A DNA stretch of 64,000 nt from an uncultured Solirubrobacterales bacterium (lineage in GTDB: Bacteria; Actinomycetota; Thermoleophilia; Solirubrobacterales; Solirubrobacteraceae): assembly GCA_963830465.1 (NCBI GenBank), contig CAWHME010000001.1, positions 127,515 through 191,514 on the forward strand, written 5' to 3'. The notes beneath the pieces were generated by a model. That model was not told the origin of the DNA and made no database searches. It saw only the letters and a program-made list of their open reading frames with translations. The position numbers and the translations under genes were made by a program. Below, one piece after another: positions 17,981 through 28,428 of this stretch; positions within the stretch are counted from its first letter, which is position 1; the number at the start of each line of letters is the position of its first letter.

Positions 17981-19036
17981 ATGCGACGGATGGAGCGGGA
18001 TACGGTGCTCGCGCGCGGACAGACCCCGCCGCTCGACCGCGCGACGATCCATCCCTATGACGATGCGACCCCGGGCCCGGTCTACTACCAGCGAGTGGCG
18101 CATACGGTCGGGCTCGACGCGGAGCGGCTGCTCGGGGAACTCGAGGGCGGACACGCGCTCCTGTTCTCATCGGGCATGGGCGCCGTGACCGCGCTGGTCC
18201 TCGCGCTGCTGAGACCGGGGGCGACGGTCGCGATCGCCGACGGCGGATATTGGGGAACGGTGGCGTTCCTGCGGGGCGAGTTGAGTCGCTGGGGACTCGA
18301 GGTCGTAACCTTCGACCAGCTGGGACCGCCGCCGCAAGCTGACTTGATCTGGCTCGAGCCGTGCTCGAATCCGCTGCTCACATTCCCCGATCTCGAGCAG
18401 GCGATCACGAGCGCTCACGCGACCGGCGCCCGGGTGGCCGTCGATAACACAGTGCTGAGCCCACTACTGCTGCGCCCGCTCGAACACGGCGCCGACTTCG
18501 TCCTTCACAGCGCGTCGAAGATCCTCGCCGGCCACCATGACGCGTTGCTCGGAGCAGTCACCTGCGCGAACGCCGAGGACGCGGCTCGCCTGGGGCAGTT
18601 TCGCGCTGCGTCCGGAATCGTCGCGGCGCCAGACCCGGCCTGGCTCCTGGTTCGCGGGCTGAAGACGCTCGCACTCCGTGTCGAGCGCCAATCGGCGACC
18701 GCGCTCGAGCTCGCGCGCAGACTCGCTGCTCACCCTGCGGTACAACGAGTCCGCTACCCGGGGCTCAGCGATGCCGTCGCCGCCCGCTACGTACGAGCCT
18801 TCGGGCCCCTGCTGTCATTCGACGTCGCCGACGCCGAGCGCGCCGTGCGCGTGGAGCGCTCGTTGCGCTTGATCGAGAATGCGACCAGCCTCGGCGGCGT
18901 CGCCTCGACCCTCGAGGCCCGCGCCCGCTGGGAGGGCGCGCGAGTCCCTCCCGGGCTACTTCGCCTCAGCGTTGGCCTCGAGCACATCGAGGATCTCTGG
19001 GCGGACCTGGCTGGGGCGCTGGACGGTAACGGTTAG
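17981..19036 (+). CDS. PLP-dependent Cys/Met-metabolism enzyme (cystathionine gamma-synthase/lyase family)
   Basis: FSSGMGAVTAL...DNTVLSPLLLRPLEHGADFVLHSASKILAGHHD contains the PLP lysine context. ATG 17981 lies inside track ORF 17822..19036. Confidence 0.85.
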   Translation: MRRMERDTVLARGQTPPLDRATIHPYDDATPGPVYYQRVAHTVGLDAERLLGELEGGHALLFSSGMGAVTALVLALLRPGATVAIADGGYWGTVAFLRGELSRWGLEVVTFDQLGPPPQADLIWLEPCSNPLLTFPDLEQAITSAHATGARVAVDNTVLSPLLLRPLEHGADFVLHSASKILAGHHDALLGAVTCANAEDAARLGQFRAASGIVAAPDPAWLLVRGLKTLALRVERQSATALELARRLAAHPAVQRVRYPGLSDAVAARYVRAFGPLLSFDVADAERAVRVERSLRLIENATSLGGVASTLEARARWEGARVPPGLLRLSVGLEHIEDLWADLAGALDGNG

Positions 19037-19141
19037 CCCCCGAGATCAGAGCGAGCGGAGCTCGTCTGCGGCAACGCCCGAGAAGGGTGCCCGGCCGGCG
19101 GGGTGGCGTATCTTGAGACGCCCGCAAACGAGGAGGGAGCG

Positions 19142-20056
19142 ATGAGAGAAGACATTCAGTTCAGCGCCGACGGTGTCACCCTCCGCGGCTGGCTCTACCG
19201 CCCCGGCGGAACCAGCAGCCGGGTGCCGACGATCGTGATGTCACATGGGTTCTCGGCGGTGAAGGAGATGTACCTGGACCGCTTCGCGGAGGCGTTCGCG
19301 GATGCCGGCATGGCGGCGCTCGTCTATGACAACCGCAACTTCGGAGCGAGCGACGGCGAACCGCGGCAAGAAATCGATCCCTGGGCACAGGTCCGCGATT
19401 ACCGCGCCGCGATCACGTATGCCGTGACACGGCCGGAGGTCGATGCTGAGCGGATCGGGGTCTGGGGATCGAGCTACTCGGGCGGTCACGCGCTGGTGAT
19501 CGGCGCGATCGATCGGCGGGTGAAATGCGTGGTCGTGCAGGTGCCGCTGGTATCCGGCCACGCCAACTTCCGCGCGCTCGTGCGGGCGGACTTCATTCCG
19601 ATCTTCCGGGCTCAGTTCGACAGTGATCGCGAGGCGCGCTTCCGCGGCGAGCCACCGGTGATGGTGCCGGTGGTCGACGAGGATCCACTCGCGCCGTCGG
19701 CGCTACCGACCCCCGACTCGTACAAGTGGTTCACAGAAACGCATGAGCTGCGAGCGCCTTCGTGGCGCAACGAGGTGACACTCCGGAGCGTCGAGATGTT
19801 CACCGAATATGAACCCGGCACCTACTTGCCGTGGATCAGCCCGACGCCGCTACTGATGTGTGTGGCGGAAAACGATGTGCTCACGACGACAGATTCGGCG
19901 ATTGCCGGTTACCAGCAAGCGCGCGAGCCGAAGAGGCTCGTGATCCTGCCGGGCGGACACTTCGACGCCTACGTCGCCGGTTTCGACCTCGCCAGCGCTG
20001 CAGCGGTGGATTGGTTTAGCGAGCACCTCCTCGGTCGGCCGAAGGTCGTGGCGTGA
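19142..20056 (+). CDS. Alpha/beta hydrolase
   Basis: AGGAGGGA RBS before ATG 19142. GVWGSSYSGGHA is a GxSxG nucleophile elbow. Confidence 0.8.
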   Translation: MREDIQFSADGVTLRGWLYRPGGTSSRVPTIVMSHGFSAVKEMYLDRFAEAFADAGMAALVYDNRNFGASDGEPRQEIDPWAQVRDYRAAITYAVTRPEVDAERIGVWGSSYSGGHALVIGAIDRRVKCVVVQVPLVSGHANFRALVRADFIPIFRAQFDSDREARFRGEPPVMVPVVDEDPLAPSALPTPDSYKWFTETHELRAPSWRNEVTLRSVEMFTEYEPGTYLPWISPTPLLMCVAENDVLTTTDSAIAGYQQAREPKRLVILPGGHFDAYVAGFDLASAAAVDWFSEHLLGRPKVVA

Positions 20057-20247
20057 GGCGTGCGATCCCGCGTCGGCCGCGCCCGGACATCGGGACGTCC
20101 AATTCCGATCTCGCGTGCCAGGGCCGGATCTCGCCGGCCCAGCTCGAGCGCTCGCCGCCGGTCTCGCAGACGGCCGGCGTCTGATAAACGCACGACCCAG
20201 GCGCATTCTTCGCCGGCGTTCGCCGCTCCGTCCGCTGAGCGGCTGGG

Positions 20248-21459
20248 CTAGAGGGCGGTGGGGTGGCGAACGACGAAGTCCCCGCCGTCGGCGAGATTCC
20301 CGGTCGGGTTATAACGCCACCGCGGCCCCGACCCGGCGGGAATGTTCGGCCCGCCCCAATCGGCAGTATCAAACGCCAACCCAGCGATCGCCGCGAACAC
20401 ATGCTGCGAATCCGCATACACCGTGATCCACTGCCCCGGACCCGCACTCCCATACCCCTCGAACTCAACCGCCAACGGAGCCGACAACAACCCCCCACCA
20501 TGCAGCGCGTAACTCACCGCGCCCGAGCAGTCATACCCCGGCGAGACCCAACTCCCATGCCCACCACCATAGATGTACGGCTTATCGATGATCTGATTGG
20601 CCGCCGCAATCACCTCCTTCACCGCCAACGGCGCATCCGCCGGCGCCGTCGCCGTCCCATCCGCATTGATCTGCGCCTGCTCAACGGGTCCCCCGGTCAG
20701 CGCCTGCGCCCCCGGATAGCTGCCCGCTGTGCCAACTGCTGCCTCCTCGGCGGCGGCCGCCCGCGCCTGCGCCGCGGCGCGTGCCTCCAGCGACTGCAAG
20801 TGGGCATTCAGCGTGCGAAGCCTCGAAGTCTTCACCGAGCGGGCGCCAAGCTCCGCGATCTGCCTGCGAAGCAGCGCCACCTTCAGCGCCGCGATCTGGT
20901 TGCGGCGGGCCAGTATCTGATCGACGAGGCTCCGATCGCGCCGCTCGAGCGCCGCTAACGCGTCGGCCTGCCTGGCGACCGTTACGCGGGCACTGCGAAC
21001 CACCACGGTGATCGCGGCATCCTGCCGGCCGATCCGCTTCAGGAACGCGATCTGCTCGAGCAGATCGCTGAACCCGTGCGATTCGAGGATTACGGTCATC
21101 AGATCCGGCGGAGCGTTCTCGTACCTGGCGAGCAGGTTCGCGGCGAGGGCTTTGGTCGCCAGACGCAGGCGGGCCTCGAGCGCCAGCAGTCGCGCCCGGG
21201 CGGCCTGCGATTTCTTATGGACGACGTGCAGCTCAGCCTCGCGTTCGCCGAGTTGGGCCTGCACGCCCGCTAGCTCGGCGCGTGCCTGGTTCAAGCCGTC
21301 GGTGGTCATCCGGATTTTGGCCGTGTCGGTCGCAATCGCAGATCGCAATGCGGCCACGGCGGATTGACCGGCGGCGATCTGGGTCTGGAGGTCGCCGACC
21401 CCGGCGGCGGTCAAATTGGTCGCGAGCAACGCGGCGGCGACAGCAGCGGCAGTCGTCAT
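20248..21459 (-). CDS. NlpC/P60 (C40) peptidoglycan hydrolase with N-terminal coiled coil (RipA-like architecture)
   Basis: Signal-like MTTAAAVAAALLATNLTAAG, a long heptad-rich region, and C-terminal DKPYIYGGGHGSWVSPGYDCSGAVSYALH catalytic Cys motif. Confidence 0.85.
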   Translation of the reverse strand: MTTAAAVAAALLATNLTAAGVGDLQTQIAAGQSAVAALRSAIATDTAKIRMTTDGLNQARAELAGVQAQLGEREAELHVVHKKSQAARARLLALEARLRLATKALAANLLARYENAPPDLMTVILESHGFSDLLEQIAFLKRIGRQDAAITVVVRSARVTVARQADALAALERRDRSLVDQILARRNQIAALKVALLRRQIAELGARSVKTSRLRTLNAHLQSLEARAAAQARAAAAEEAAVGTAGSYPGAQALTGGPVEQAQINADGTATAPADAPLAVKEVIAAANQIIDKPYIYGGGHGSWVSPGYDCSGAVSYALHGGGLLSAPLAVEFEGYGSAGPGQWITVYADSQHVFAAIAGLAFDTADWGGPNIPAGSGPRWRYNPTGNLADGGDFVVRHPTAL

Positions 21460-22069
21460 CGCGAATAGCTTTTTCGGAATCCGGTTGGTCAATTCTGGGC
21501 GTAGACGAGCGGCCGCGACGACGCGGAAGTGGTCGCTGATGAGTCTGCAGAGGTGCCGCTGGGGGCCGAGCGCGGAGCACCCTAACATGAGCCGTCGCGA
21601 TCACGGCGTCTTCCCCTGCGCGTGCAATAAATCCTGCATAACCCGGCTTTGGCGGGTCGCGGTTCACGGTTGAGAGCGGGTGTGAAGGCGCCGCCGGGAA
21701 GTGGCGCATCGCCGCTTCTGGCGTCGCAGAATGTCGTCATCGAACTTCGCTCGACTGATCCGTCGACGCCGTGGAACGAGAAGCGCAGAGGGCTAGAACA
21801 ATTCACAGCCGCTGGCATGCGGTCCGCCAGGCGCTGTTCGCCGCCGCGCTCGCCGCCGGCGGCATCACGATCGTCGTCGGGCTGTTTGGGCCTTCCTTCC
21901 TCGGTGTCCCATTGGCCGCTGCCGCGGCCTTGATCGCAGGGGTTTGGAAGTTCGCGGACGAGCGTCGCGGCGCGCTGAGCGACCGCGAGACCCAGCGCCG
22001 AGTTCGATGACGCCTACAAGAGCTTCTTTTTTTGAGGATTAGATCGAGGGACCGGGTAGACCTAGCGTC

Positions 22070-23029
22070 GTGAGCGTGCTCGAAAAAGCCGATGCGATGC
22101 AAAAAGGGTCCAAGCCGACCAGCATCGGCTTGGCCGCGTTGAAGAAGTTCAAGGAGGATCAGAGCACCAACCTGGCGGCGATGCTCGCTTTCTGGTCGTT
22201 CTTCTCGATCTTTCCGCTGCTGCTGGTCCTGGTGACGATCCTGGGTTGGGTACTGCCCTCGAGCCAGAAGATGAACGTGCTCAAGCACGTGGCGGACATG
22301 TTCCCCCTGCTCGACCCCACGTCGGTGAAAGGGCTCACCGGGTCCTGGTGGGCATTGGTAGTCGGCGGTGTCACCGCGCTGTGGAGCGGCCTCGGCGCCG
22401 TGCGTACGGCGCAGACCGCGTTCAACTCGGTGTGGGAGATACCCATGCACGAACGACCGGGCCTGCGTGAGCAAGTGCTGCGCAGCCTCTGGGTGCTCTG
22501 CACGATCGGGGCCGGTCTGGTCATCAGTACGCTGATCTCAGGATTCGTGACCGGTGCCTCGAGCAGCATCAAGCTCGGGATTGCGGGACGCGTCGGCGGC
22601 TACGTGATCTCGGTGTTGCTCGACGTCGGCTTGTTCGTCGCCGCCTTCCGGATGCTGACCGACCGGGACGTCACCTCTCGGGACGTGCTCCCCGGCGCGA
22701 TTTTCTCCGGCCTTGTCTTCTTCATCCTGCAGCAGCTCTCCTCGTTCATCATCTCCCGGCACCTGAAGAGCGCGCAATCGACCTACGGTCATTTCGCGAC
22801 CGTGATCACGATCCTCTGGTGGTTCTACCTGCAGTCGATCGTGACGTTGCTCGGGGCCCAGATCAACGTCGTGCTGAAGGACCGCTTGTTCCCTCGCTCG
22901 CTTGTCAACGCGCCACAGACCGAGGCCGATAAGCGCGCGCTCGAGTCCTTCGCGCAAGAGCGCACCTATCAGCCCGAGGAGAAGGTCGAGGCGCGCGTTG
23001 AGCAGAGCGACGAGAAAACCTCAGAGTAG
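22070..23029 (+). CDS. YihY/BrkB family inner membrane protein
   Basis: FKEDQSTNLAAMLAFWSFFSIFPLLLVLVTILG and WWFYLQSIVTLLGAQINV are family blocks. GTG start 8 nt after a TAGACC -10-like hexamer. Confidence 0.85.
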   Translation: MSVLEKADAMQKGSKPTSIGLAALKKFKEDQSTNLAAMLAFWSFFSIFPLLLVLVTILGWVLPSSQKMNVLKHVADMFPLLDPTSVKGLTGSWWALVVGGVTALWSGLGAVRTAQTAFNSVWEIPMHERPGLREQVLRSLWVLCTIGAGLVISTLISGFVTGASSSIKLGIAGRVGGYVISVLLDVGLFVAAFRMLTDRDVTSRDVLPGAIFSGLVFFILQQLSSFIISRHLKSAQSTYGHFATVITILWWFYLQSIVTLLGAQINVVLKDRLFPRSLVNAPQTEADKRALESFAQERTYQPEEKVEARVEQSDEKTSE

Positions 23030-23256
23030 ATAGCGTGGACTCGGGGTTGGGTGCACCACTCGTGCCGCGTCTGAAGTTGGAGGTCTCAGGGCGCGCTCTG
23101 GAGCGCCTGGGCGACCGCCCGGCCGCGCCCGAAAAGCAGGCTAACGTGACACTCGCCCCCGCCGGCGACCGAATGTAACCCTAGCCCGCCCCCCGCGCTC
23201 ACAAACCCACTACACACCCGGCAGCGCCCACGCCGACCCGTCGGCCCCGCGAACCG

Positions 23257-23706
23257 CTACAGACCCGGCTGCACCCCAGGATCGAAGCTTGCGCCCTGGT
23301 CGATTGGCGACTCCAGCCGAGGATCGGAATCCTCGGCTTGCTCGCTGGCAGACTCGACCCCGGGATCGTTTAGATCGACGACGAGCATGTCTCCGTCCCT
23401 CCGGGCAGCTCGCCTGACCGATTTGGAGGTGTCGATCTCGTAATAGCTCACGAAGGCAGCGCCCGACAGCAGAAACGTCGCGTGTCCCTCGACCGGCGCG
23501 CGGACCGCGTAGGCGTGCTCCACCGAGCTGTCGACCTTGCGCAAGCCGACCAAACGGGCCTCGCGGTCATAGAGCAACTCCACCGACTCCGGGCTGTCGA
23601 GCTCCTCGAAGGCAGCCTTGTTCAGCGAGATCACGCCTTTTTTCTGGATCGTCACGAACGGCTGGCGTCCGCTGCGCCGCTGGCGGGTAAACGTCTCGAA
23701 CGGCAT
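23257..23706 (-). CDS. Hypothetical protein
   Basis: Clean 149-aa ORF with protein-like composition (PFVTIQKKGVISLNKAAFEELD...). No family recognised. Confidence 0.45.
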   Translation of the reverse strand: MPFETFTRQRRSGRQPFVTIQKKGVISLNKAAFEELDSPESVELLYDREARLVGLRKVDSSVEHAYAVRAPVEGHATFLLSGAAFVSYYEIDTSKSVRRAARRDGDMLVVDLNDPGVESASEQAEDSDPRLESPIDQGASFDPGVQPGL

Positions 23707-23817
23707 GTCGGGATCCTATTGAATGTGGGGGCGCTGCAGCGGAGTGCGTGCGGGGACTGCGATCCTGGAGCGAACCGTTGTTCACGCGGCGCGCTCGACG
23801 ACCGTAAGGAGCTGAAG

Positions 23818-24255
23818 ATGACTGGCAAGGCTGATTTCACACCCGAGGAATGGAAGCTCGTGCTCGAGGGGCCGCCCACCGCGGGGATGGTCGTCCTCAC
23901 CGCTCAACGCGGAGGCTCGATCCGCGAGGCGTTCGCGATCGCCAAGGCATACGTCGAGGCTCGTCAGCAGCACGGCGAAAGCGAGCTGCTCGACGAGATT
24001 GTCGCGGCCAAGCCAGAGCTCGACCACACTCGCTACCGCTCGCCCGAGGAGCTCGAGCAGCACGGCCTGCAGCAGCTTCGAGACGCTGTTGCCTTGCTCG
24101 AAGACAAGGCAACCGCGGACGAGCTGGAGGGTTACAAGCGCTTCGTGGTCACGCTCGCCGAGAAGGTGGCGGGCGCCCACCGCGAGGGCGATGCGGCGGT
24201 CAGCGACGCCGAGCGCTCGGCGATCGACGACATCAAGCAAGCTCTCGGGAACTGA
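23818..24255 (+). CDS. Hypothetical helical protein
   Basis: AAGGAGCTGAAG precedes ATG 23818 (MTGKADFTPEEWKLVLEGPP...). Lies inside the longer track ORF 23482..24255. Confidence 0.5.
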   Translation: MTGKADFTPEEWKLVLEGPPTAGMVVLTAQRGGSIREAFAIAKAYVEARQQHGESELLDEIVAAKPELDHTRYRSPEELEQHGLQQLRDAVALLEDKATADELEGYKRFVVTLAEKVAGAHREGDAAVSDAERSAIDDIKQALGN

Positions 24256-24304
24256 GGAGCGGGGTCCGGAAATTGCCCGCGGTGCCATCGATCCAGGGTC
24301 GCCG

Positions 24305-25588
24305 TTGAGGTTCCCCTCACGACCAGCGCCGTTGCGGTCTTCCTCACGACCGACGCCGCTGCGCACCCGCAACTACCGGCTGTATTTCTCCGGCCAGGTC
24401 ATCTCAGTGCCAGGCACGTGGTTGCAAACGGTCGCGCAAGCGTGGCTCGTGCTGCAGCTGAGCTCGAGCGGCAGCGCACTCGGCGTCACCGTCGCCCTGC
24501 AGACGGTGCCGGTGCTCGCCCTCGGCGCGTGGACGGGCTCGGTCGCCGACGCGGTCGACAAGCGCAGGCTGCTGCTCGCGACGCAGGCCGCCCAAGGCGT
24601 GCTCGCGCTGGTGCTCGGGTTGCTGGCGTTGACCGGGGTCGTGCAGCTGTGGATGGTGTGGATCCTCGCGCTGGGCCTCGGCATCACGCGTGCGTTCGAC
24701 ACGCCAACCCGCCAGGCGTTCGTGTCCGAGCTCGTCCAGGGCCCGGCGTTGCCGCGGGCGATCGGGATCAACTCCACGGTCGTTTCCGCTGCGCGCATGG
24801 TCGGCCCGGCGGCTGGCGGCGCGATCATTGCTCTGTTCGGGGTCGGGGTGTGCTTCCTGATCAACGCGGCGTCGTTCCTGGGGCCGGTGCTCGCTCTGAT
24901 GGCGATGGACGTGGCCAAGCTGTACCGACCCGAGGTGCCTGCCGCCCGAACGCGCGGCGCCGTCCGCGCCGGGCTCCGCTACGTGCGCAGCCAGCGCGAG
25001 CTCTTGGTTCCACTGCTGATGATGGCGATCGTCGGGACGCTGGCGTTCGAGTTTCAGGTCTCGATCCCGCTGATGGCGCATTCGGCCTTCCACCTGGGCG
25101 CCGCCGGCTTCGGGCTGCTATATGCGGCGATGGGGGCCGGCGCGGTCGTGTCAGGCGTGACCCTCGCCGGCAAGCTCTCTCGGCGCGTGCGGACGCTGGC
25201 GATTGCCGCAGGCGCGTTCGGACTGGCGCTCGCGGCCGCCGCCGCGGCTCCCGGGCCGGTCGCCTCGGCCATCGGCCTCGCCTTCGCGGGCGCGGCCAGC
25301 GTGGTGTACTCGTCCAGCACGAACGCCACGCTTCAGCTGCGCGCCGATGCCAGCATGCGCGGGCGCGTCGTCGCGCTGTACGTGATCGCGTTCATGGGAT
25401 CGACCGCGATCGGAGGCCCCCTGGTTGGCATCGCCGGCGAAGTGTTCGGACCGCGAGCATCGCTCGGCGTCGGCGCCGCGGGCTGCCTCGCCGCGGTGGT
25501 GCTGGCGATGGTCTTCGGAATCCGCGCGGGCCAGGGGCGGCGCGCTTCCTCCTCGCGGGCGTCCGCCCCCTCACCGGCCGCTCACTAG
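24305..25588 (+). CDS. MFS transporter (EntS/MFS_3-like)
   Basis: RNYRLYFSGQVISVPGTWLQTVAQAWLVLQLS N-terminal block and 12 hydrophobic spans. TTG start at 24305 or 24332. Confidence 0.8.
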   Translation: MRFPSRPAPLRSSSRPTPLRTRNYRLYFSGQVISVPGTWLQTVAQAWLVLQLSSSGSALGVTVALQTVPVLALGAWTGSVADAVDKRRLLLATQAAQGVLALVLGLLALTGVVQLWMVWILALGLGITRAFDTPTRQAFVSELVQGPALPRAIGINSTVVSAARMVGPAAGGAIIALFGVGVCFLINAASFLGPVLALMAMDVAKLYRPEVPAARTRGAVRAGLRYVRSQRELLVPLLMMAIVGTLAFEFQVSIPLMAHSAFHLGAAGFGLLYAAMGAGAVVSGVTLAGKLSRRVRTLAIAAGAFGLALAAAAAAPGPVASAIGLAFAGAASVVYSSSTNATLQLRADASMRGRVVALYVIAFMGSTAIGGPLVGIAGEVFGPRASLGVGAAGCLAAVVLAMVFGIRAGQGRRASSSRASAPSPAAH

Positions 25589-25679
25589 CGTCGCGAGTCA
25601 GAAGTTCGGATTGAGTCCCTGAAACAGGGCTTGAACGTCGAAGCGCACAATCGCATCGCCCCCCGATTCACCCGCCGCC

Positions 25680-26822
25680 ATGACCTGGAATCTAACCGCG
25701 GCGGCGGCTGCGATCGCCGGTTCAGCGCCCGCGATCGCCGGTAGTACCGTTCCGCCGATCGCCAGTCGCCTGCTGCCCACCGCGGTCGTCGGTAGCTACC
25801 CGCAACCCGAGTGGCTGATCGACCGGGCGGCGCTGGCCTCTCGGGTACCGCGAATCCGCGCGCGCGAACTCTGGAGAGTCGGCCCAGGGGAGCTGCTCGA
25901 GCAGGCTCGAGATGACGCGACCGAACTCGCGGTGCGCGCGATGGAACGTGCCGGCATCGACCTCCTCACCGATGGTGAGATCCGTCGCGAGAGCTACTCC
26001 AACCACTTTGCGAGCGCGCTCGACGGGCTCGATCTCGACCGCCCTGGAAAGACCGTCGGGCGCAGCGGGCAGGAGGTGCTCGTGCCGAGGGTGATCGGGA
26101 GGATCCGTCGAGCGCAAGCGGTCGGGAAACGCGACCTGATGTTTCTGCGCGAGTTGACCGACAGGAAGATCAAGGCCACCGTTCCAGGACCCTTCACCAT
26201 GTCGCAGCAGGCGCGCGACGAGTACTACGGCGATGCCCGCGCTCTGGCGCTCGACCTCGCAGACGCGGTGAACGAAGAGCTGTGCGACCTCATCGCCGCG
26301 GGAGCGGACATCGTGCAGCTGGACGAGCCCTGGGTCGAGGCGCGTCCCGAGCAGGCGAGGGAGTTCGCCCTCGAAGCGATCAATCGGGCGCTTGACGGGA
26401 TCGGGGCGGAGACCGCGATCCACGTATGCCACGGATACGCCGCGGTCGTGCGCGAGAAGCGCCGGAGCTACTCGTTCCTACCCGAGCTCGACCGCTGCGT
26501 GGCGGACCAGATCTCGATCGAGGCGGCGCAGCCGCGACTCGACCTCTCCGTGCTCCACGCGCTACCTAGCAAGACGATCGCGCTCGGCGTGCTCGACCTT
26601 GGCGACCCCGAGGTCGAGACGGTCGAGGTCGTCGTCAGCCGGATCCGAGCCGCGCTCAAGTACCTGGAGCCCGAGCGGCTGGTGATCGCTCCCGACTGCG
26701 GGATGAAGTACCTGCCGCGAGCCACCGCGGACGGGAAGCTCCGCGCGATGGTCAAGGCCGCGGAGATCGTACGGTCGGAGCTCGGCGAGTCCTCCGGAGC
26801 GCGTCCGGAGCGGGAGGTGTAA
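25680..26822 (+). CDS. Cobalamin-independent methionine synthase family protein (MetE C-terminal-domain type)
   Basis: LLPTAVVGSYPQPEWL, DGEIRRESY, VQLDEPW and IHVCHGY blocks. Confidence 0.8.
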   Translation: MTWNLTAAAAAIAGSAPAIAGSTVPPIASRLLPTAVVGSYPQPEWLIDRAALASRVPRIRARELWRVGPGELLEQARDDATELAVRAMERAGIDLLTDGEIRRESYSNHFASALDGLDLDRPGKTVGRSGQEVLVPRVIGRIRRAQAVGKRDLMFLRELTDRKIKATVPGPFTMSQQARDEYYGDARALALDLADAVNEELCDLIAAGADIVQLDEPWVEARPEQAREFALEAINRALDGIGAETAIHVCHGYAAVVREKRRSYSFLPELDRCVADQISIEAAQPRLDLSVLHALPSKTIALGVLDLGDPEVETVEVVVSRIRAALKYLEPERLVIAPDCGMKYLPRATADGKLRAMVKAAEIVRSELGESSGARPEREV

Positions 26823-26966
26823 TTCCGGCACATCGGGTCGTGGCCTGTGAATTTGCCGACCGGCATACCAATCACCGCATAACGGGCCGGGTGGCCCGAG
26901 GCCGGCGATTAGGCTCTGCCTCCCGGGCCGGTTCGCCGGTGGCGCTTTGTATCGCCGGAGGGGTGA

Positions 26967-27626
26967 GTGACTTACGCTCCTGCGATGATCGCTGCGACCG
27001 CGCCTGCGCATCTGCCGGGCGTGCTGCACAGCCTCGAGCCGACCCTCGATCGCTACGGCTACCTGGCCGTAGCCGGGCTTGTCCTGATCGAAGACTTCGG
27101 GGTCCCGGTCCCCGGCGAGACGATCCTGATCCTCGGGGCGGTATACGCGGGCACGGGACGCCTCAACGTCGCGGTGGTCGCGCTGCTCGGCTTCCTCGCG
27201 GCGATTCTCGGCGACAACATCGGCTTTGCGATCGGCCATTTCGGCGGCCGCCCGCTGGTCGAACGCTACGGCCGTTACGTGCTGCTCACCCCGGAGCGGG
27301 TGGATAAAGCCACCCGCTTCTTCGAACGCCACGGGGGCAAGATCATCATCGTCGCGCGCTTCGTCGAGGGCCTGCGACAGGCAAACGGCATCATCGCCGG
27401 CATCTCCGGGATGCATTGGGTGCGATTTGTCATCTTCAATGCGATCGGCGCCGCCCTGTGGGTCGCCGTGTGGACCAGCGTCGGCTATTTCTCGGGCAAT
27501 CACATCGACGCGATTTACCGAACCGCGACGCGGTATGACACCTACCTGGCGATCGCCCTCGGCGCATTACTGCTCGCCTACATCGCGCTTCGGGTGGTGC
27601 GAGCACGCCGAGCCCGAGCGCGTTAG
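26967..27626 (+). CDS. DedA family membrane protein
   Basis: YGYLAVAGLVLIEDFGVPVPGETILILGAVYAG and GKIIIVARFVEGLRQ signature. Confidence 0.85.
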   Translation: MTYAPAMIAATAPAHLPGVLHSLEPTLDRYGYLAVAGLVLIEDFGVPVPGETILILGAVYAGTGRLNVAVVALLGFLAAILGDNIGFAIGHFGGRPLVERYGRYVLLTPERVDKATRFFERHGGKIIIVARFVEGLRQANGIIAGISGMHWVRFVIFNAIGAALWVAVWTSVGYFSGNHIDAIYRTATRYDTYLAIALGALLLAYIALRVVRARRARAR

Positions 27627-28369
27627 GCGACCTGACACCACGCGCCATCCCCGTGGACGCGCGTCAGCCGGGCCGGTGATGGATCGGCCGCCGCGCGCGC
27701 CGCGACCTGATCAAGGTCTGGTTCGCGGGCGCCCGTACACCCGGCGACGATCGTGTTCCCGGGGCGGCGGCCCAGCGTCCAGACGCTCCGGTAGGCGATC
27801 GCCATCGCGCAAGCGGCGGAGTTCACCTCGCGCGCCAAGCGGTCGTCAACGAGATTGATCAGCGTCAGCGGAGCGACCCTCGCAGCGTCGACGAGCGCCT
27901 CGACCGCGATCAGGCGGCCGGGGACACGTGCGCCGAGAAATGCATCGATCACGATTGCATCCCGGCTGTGATCGGGCTGGGCGGCGAGATGGGCGCGGCC
28001 GTCCGCGTGCCGGACCCGCAACCCGGGCACCCGGCGCAGCCCGAGATGCTCGCGAGCGAGCGCCAGCACCCGCCCGTCGACCTCGCAGACCTCCTGGCGC
28101 CCGCCGGGATCCTCGGCGGCGAGGGCCCGGGCGAGTGCACAGGCTCCGCCCCCGATGTGCAGCACGCTTCGCGCACCGGCGGCACGCAAGACGATCCGCA
28201 ACCAGCGCATGTACTCGAACTCGAGGTGCGTGACGTCGGCGAGATCGACGTACGAGGCGTCCATGCCCGCTTGACGAAGGAGCCGACCCGAAGGACGCAG
28301 CGGATCGATCTCCGCGACCAGCTCTCCGCTCTCGGCGAGCGTTCTCGCGCGCTGCTGGCGGTGGGGCAT
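27623..28369 (-). CDS. Spermidine-synthase-like SAM-dependent methyltransferase
   Basis: VLHIGGGACALARAL glycine-rich SAM loop, plus EVCEVDGRVLALAREH and IVIDAF blocks. Confidence 0.6.
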   Translation of the reverse strand: MPHRQQRARTLAESGELVAEIDPLRPSGRLLRQAGMDASYVDLADVTHLEFEYMRWLRIVLRAAGARSVLHIGGGACALARALAAEDPGGRQEVCEVDGRVLALAREHLGLRRVPGLRVRHADGRAHLAAQPDHSRDAIVIDAFLGARVPGRLIAVEALVDAARVAPLTLINLVDDRLAREVNSAACAMAIAYRSVWTLGRRPGNTIVAGCTGAREPDLDQVAARAAADPSPARLTRVHGDGAWCQVA

Positions 28370-28428
28370 AGCGACAGACTGGCACACGGTCGCCCCACCC
28401 CGTCCCGAGCGCGCTCGACCCGCCGGGG

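Noticed and set aside
21460-21720. Cyclic-di-AMP (ydaO-type) riboswitch upstream of the NlpC/P60 hydrolase
   Set aside because: The context is right, since actinobacterial cell-wall hydrolases often carry one. However, I could not find the conserved ACGGGGA or CCGAAUCCGACAGCUAACCUCGUA-like segments in the leader. A covariance-model scan would settle it.
25589-25679. SAM or cobalamin riboswitch upstream of the MetE-like gene
   Set aside because: The intergenic region is only about 90 nt and shows just one short hairpin (CCCTG-AAA-CAGGG). No riboswitch core motifs were recognised.
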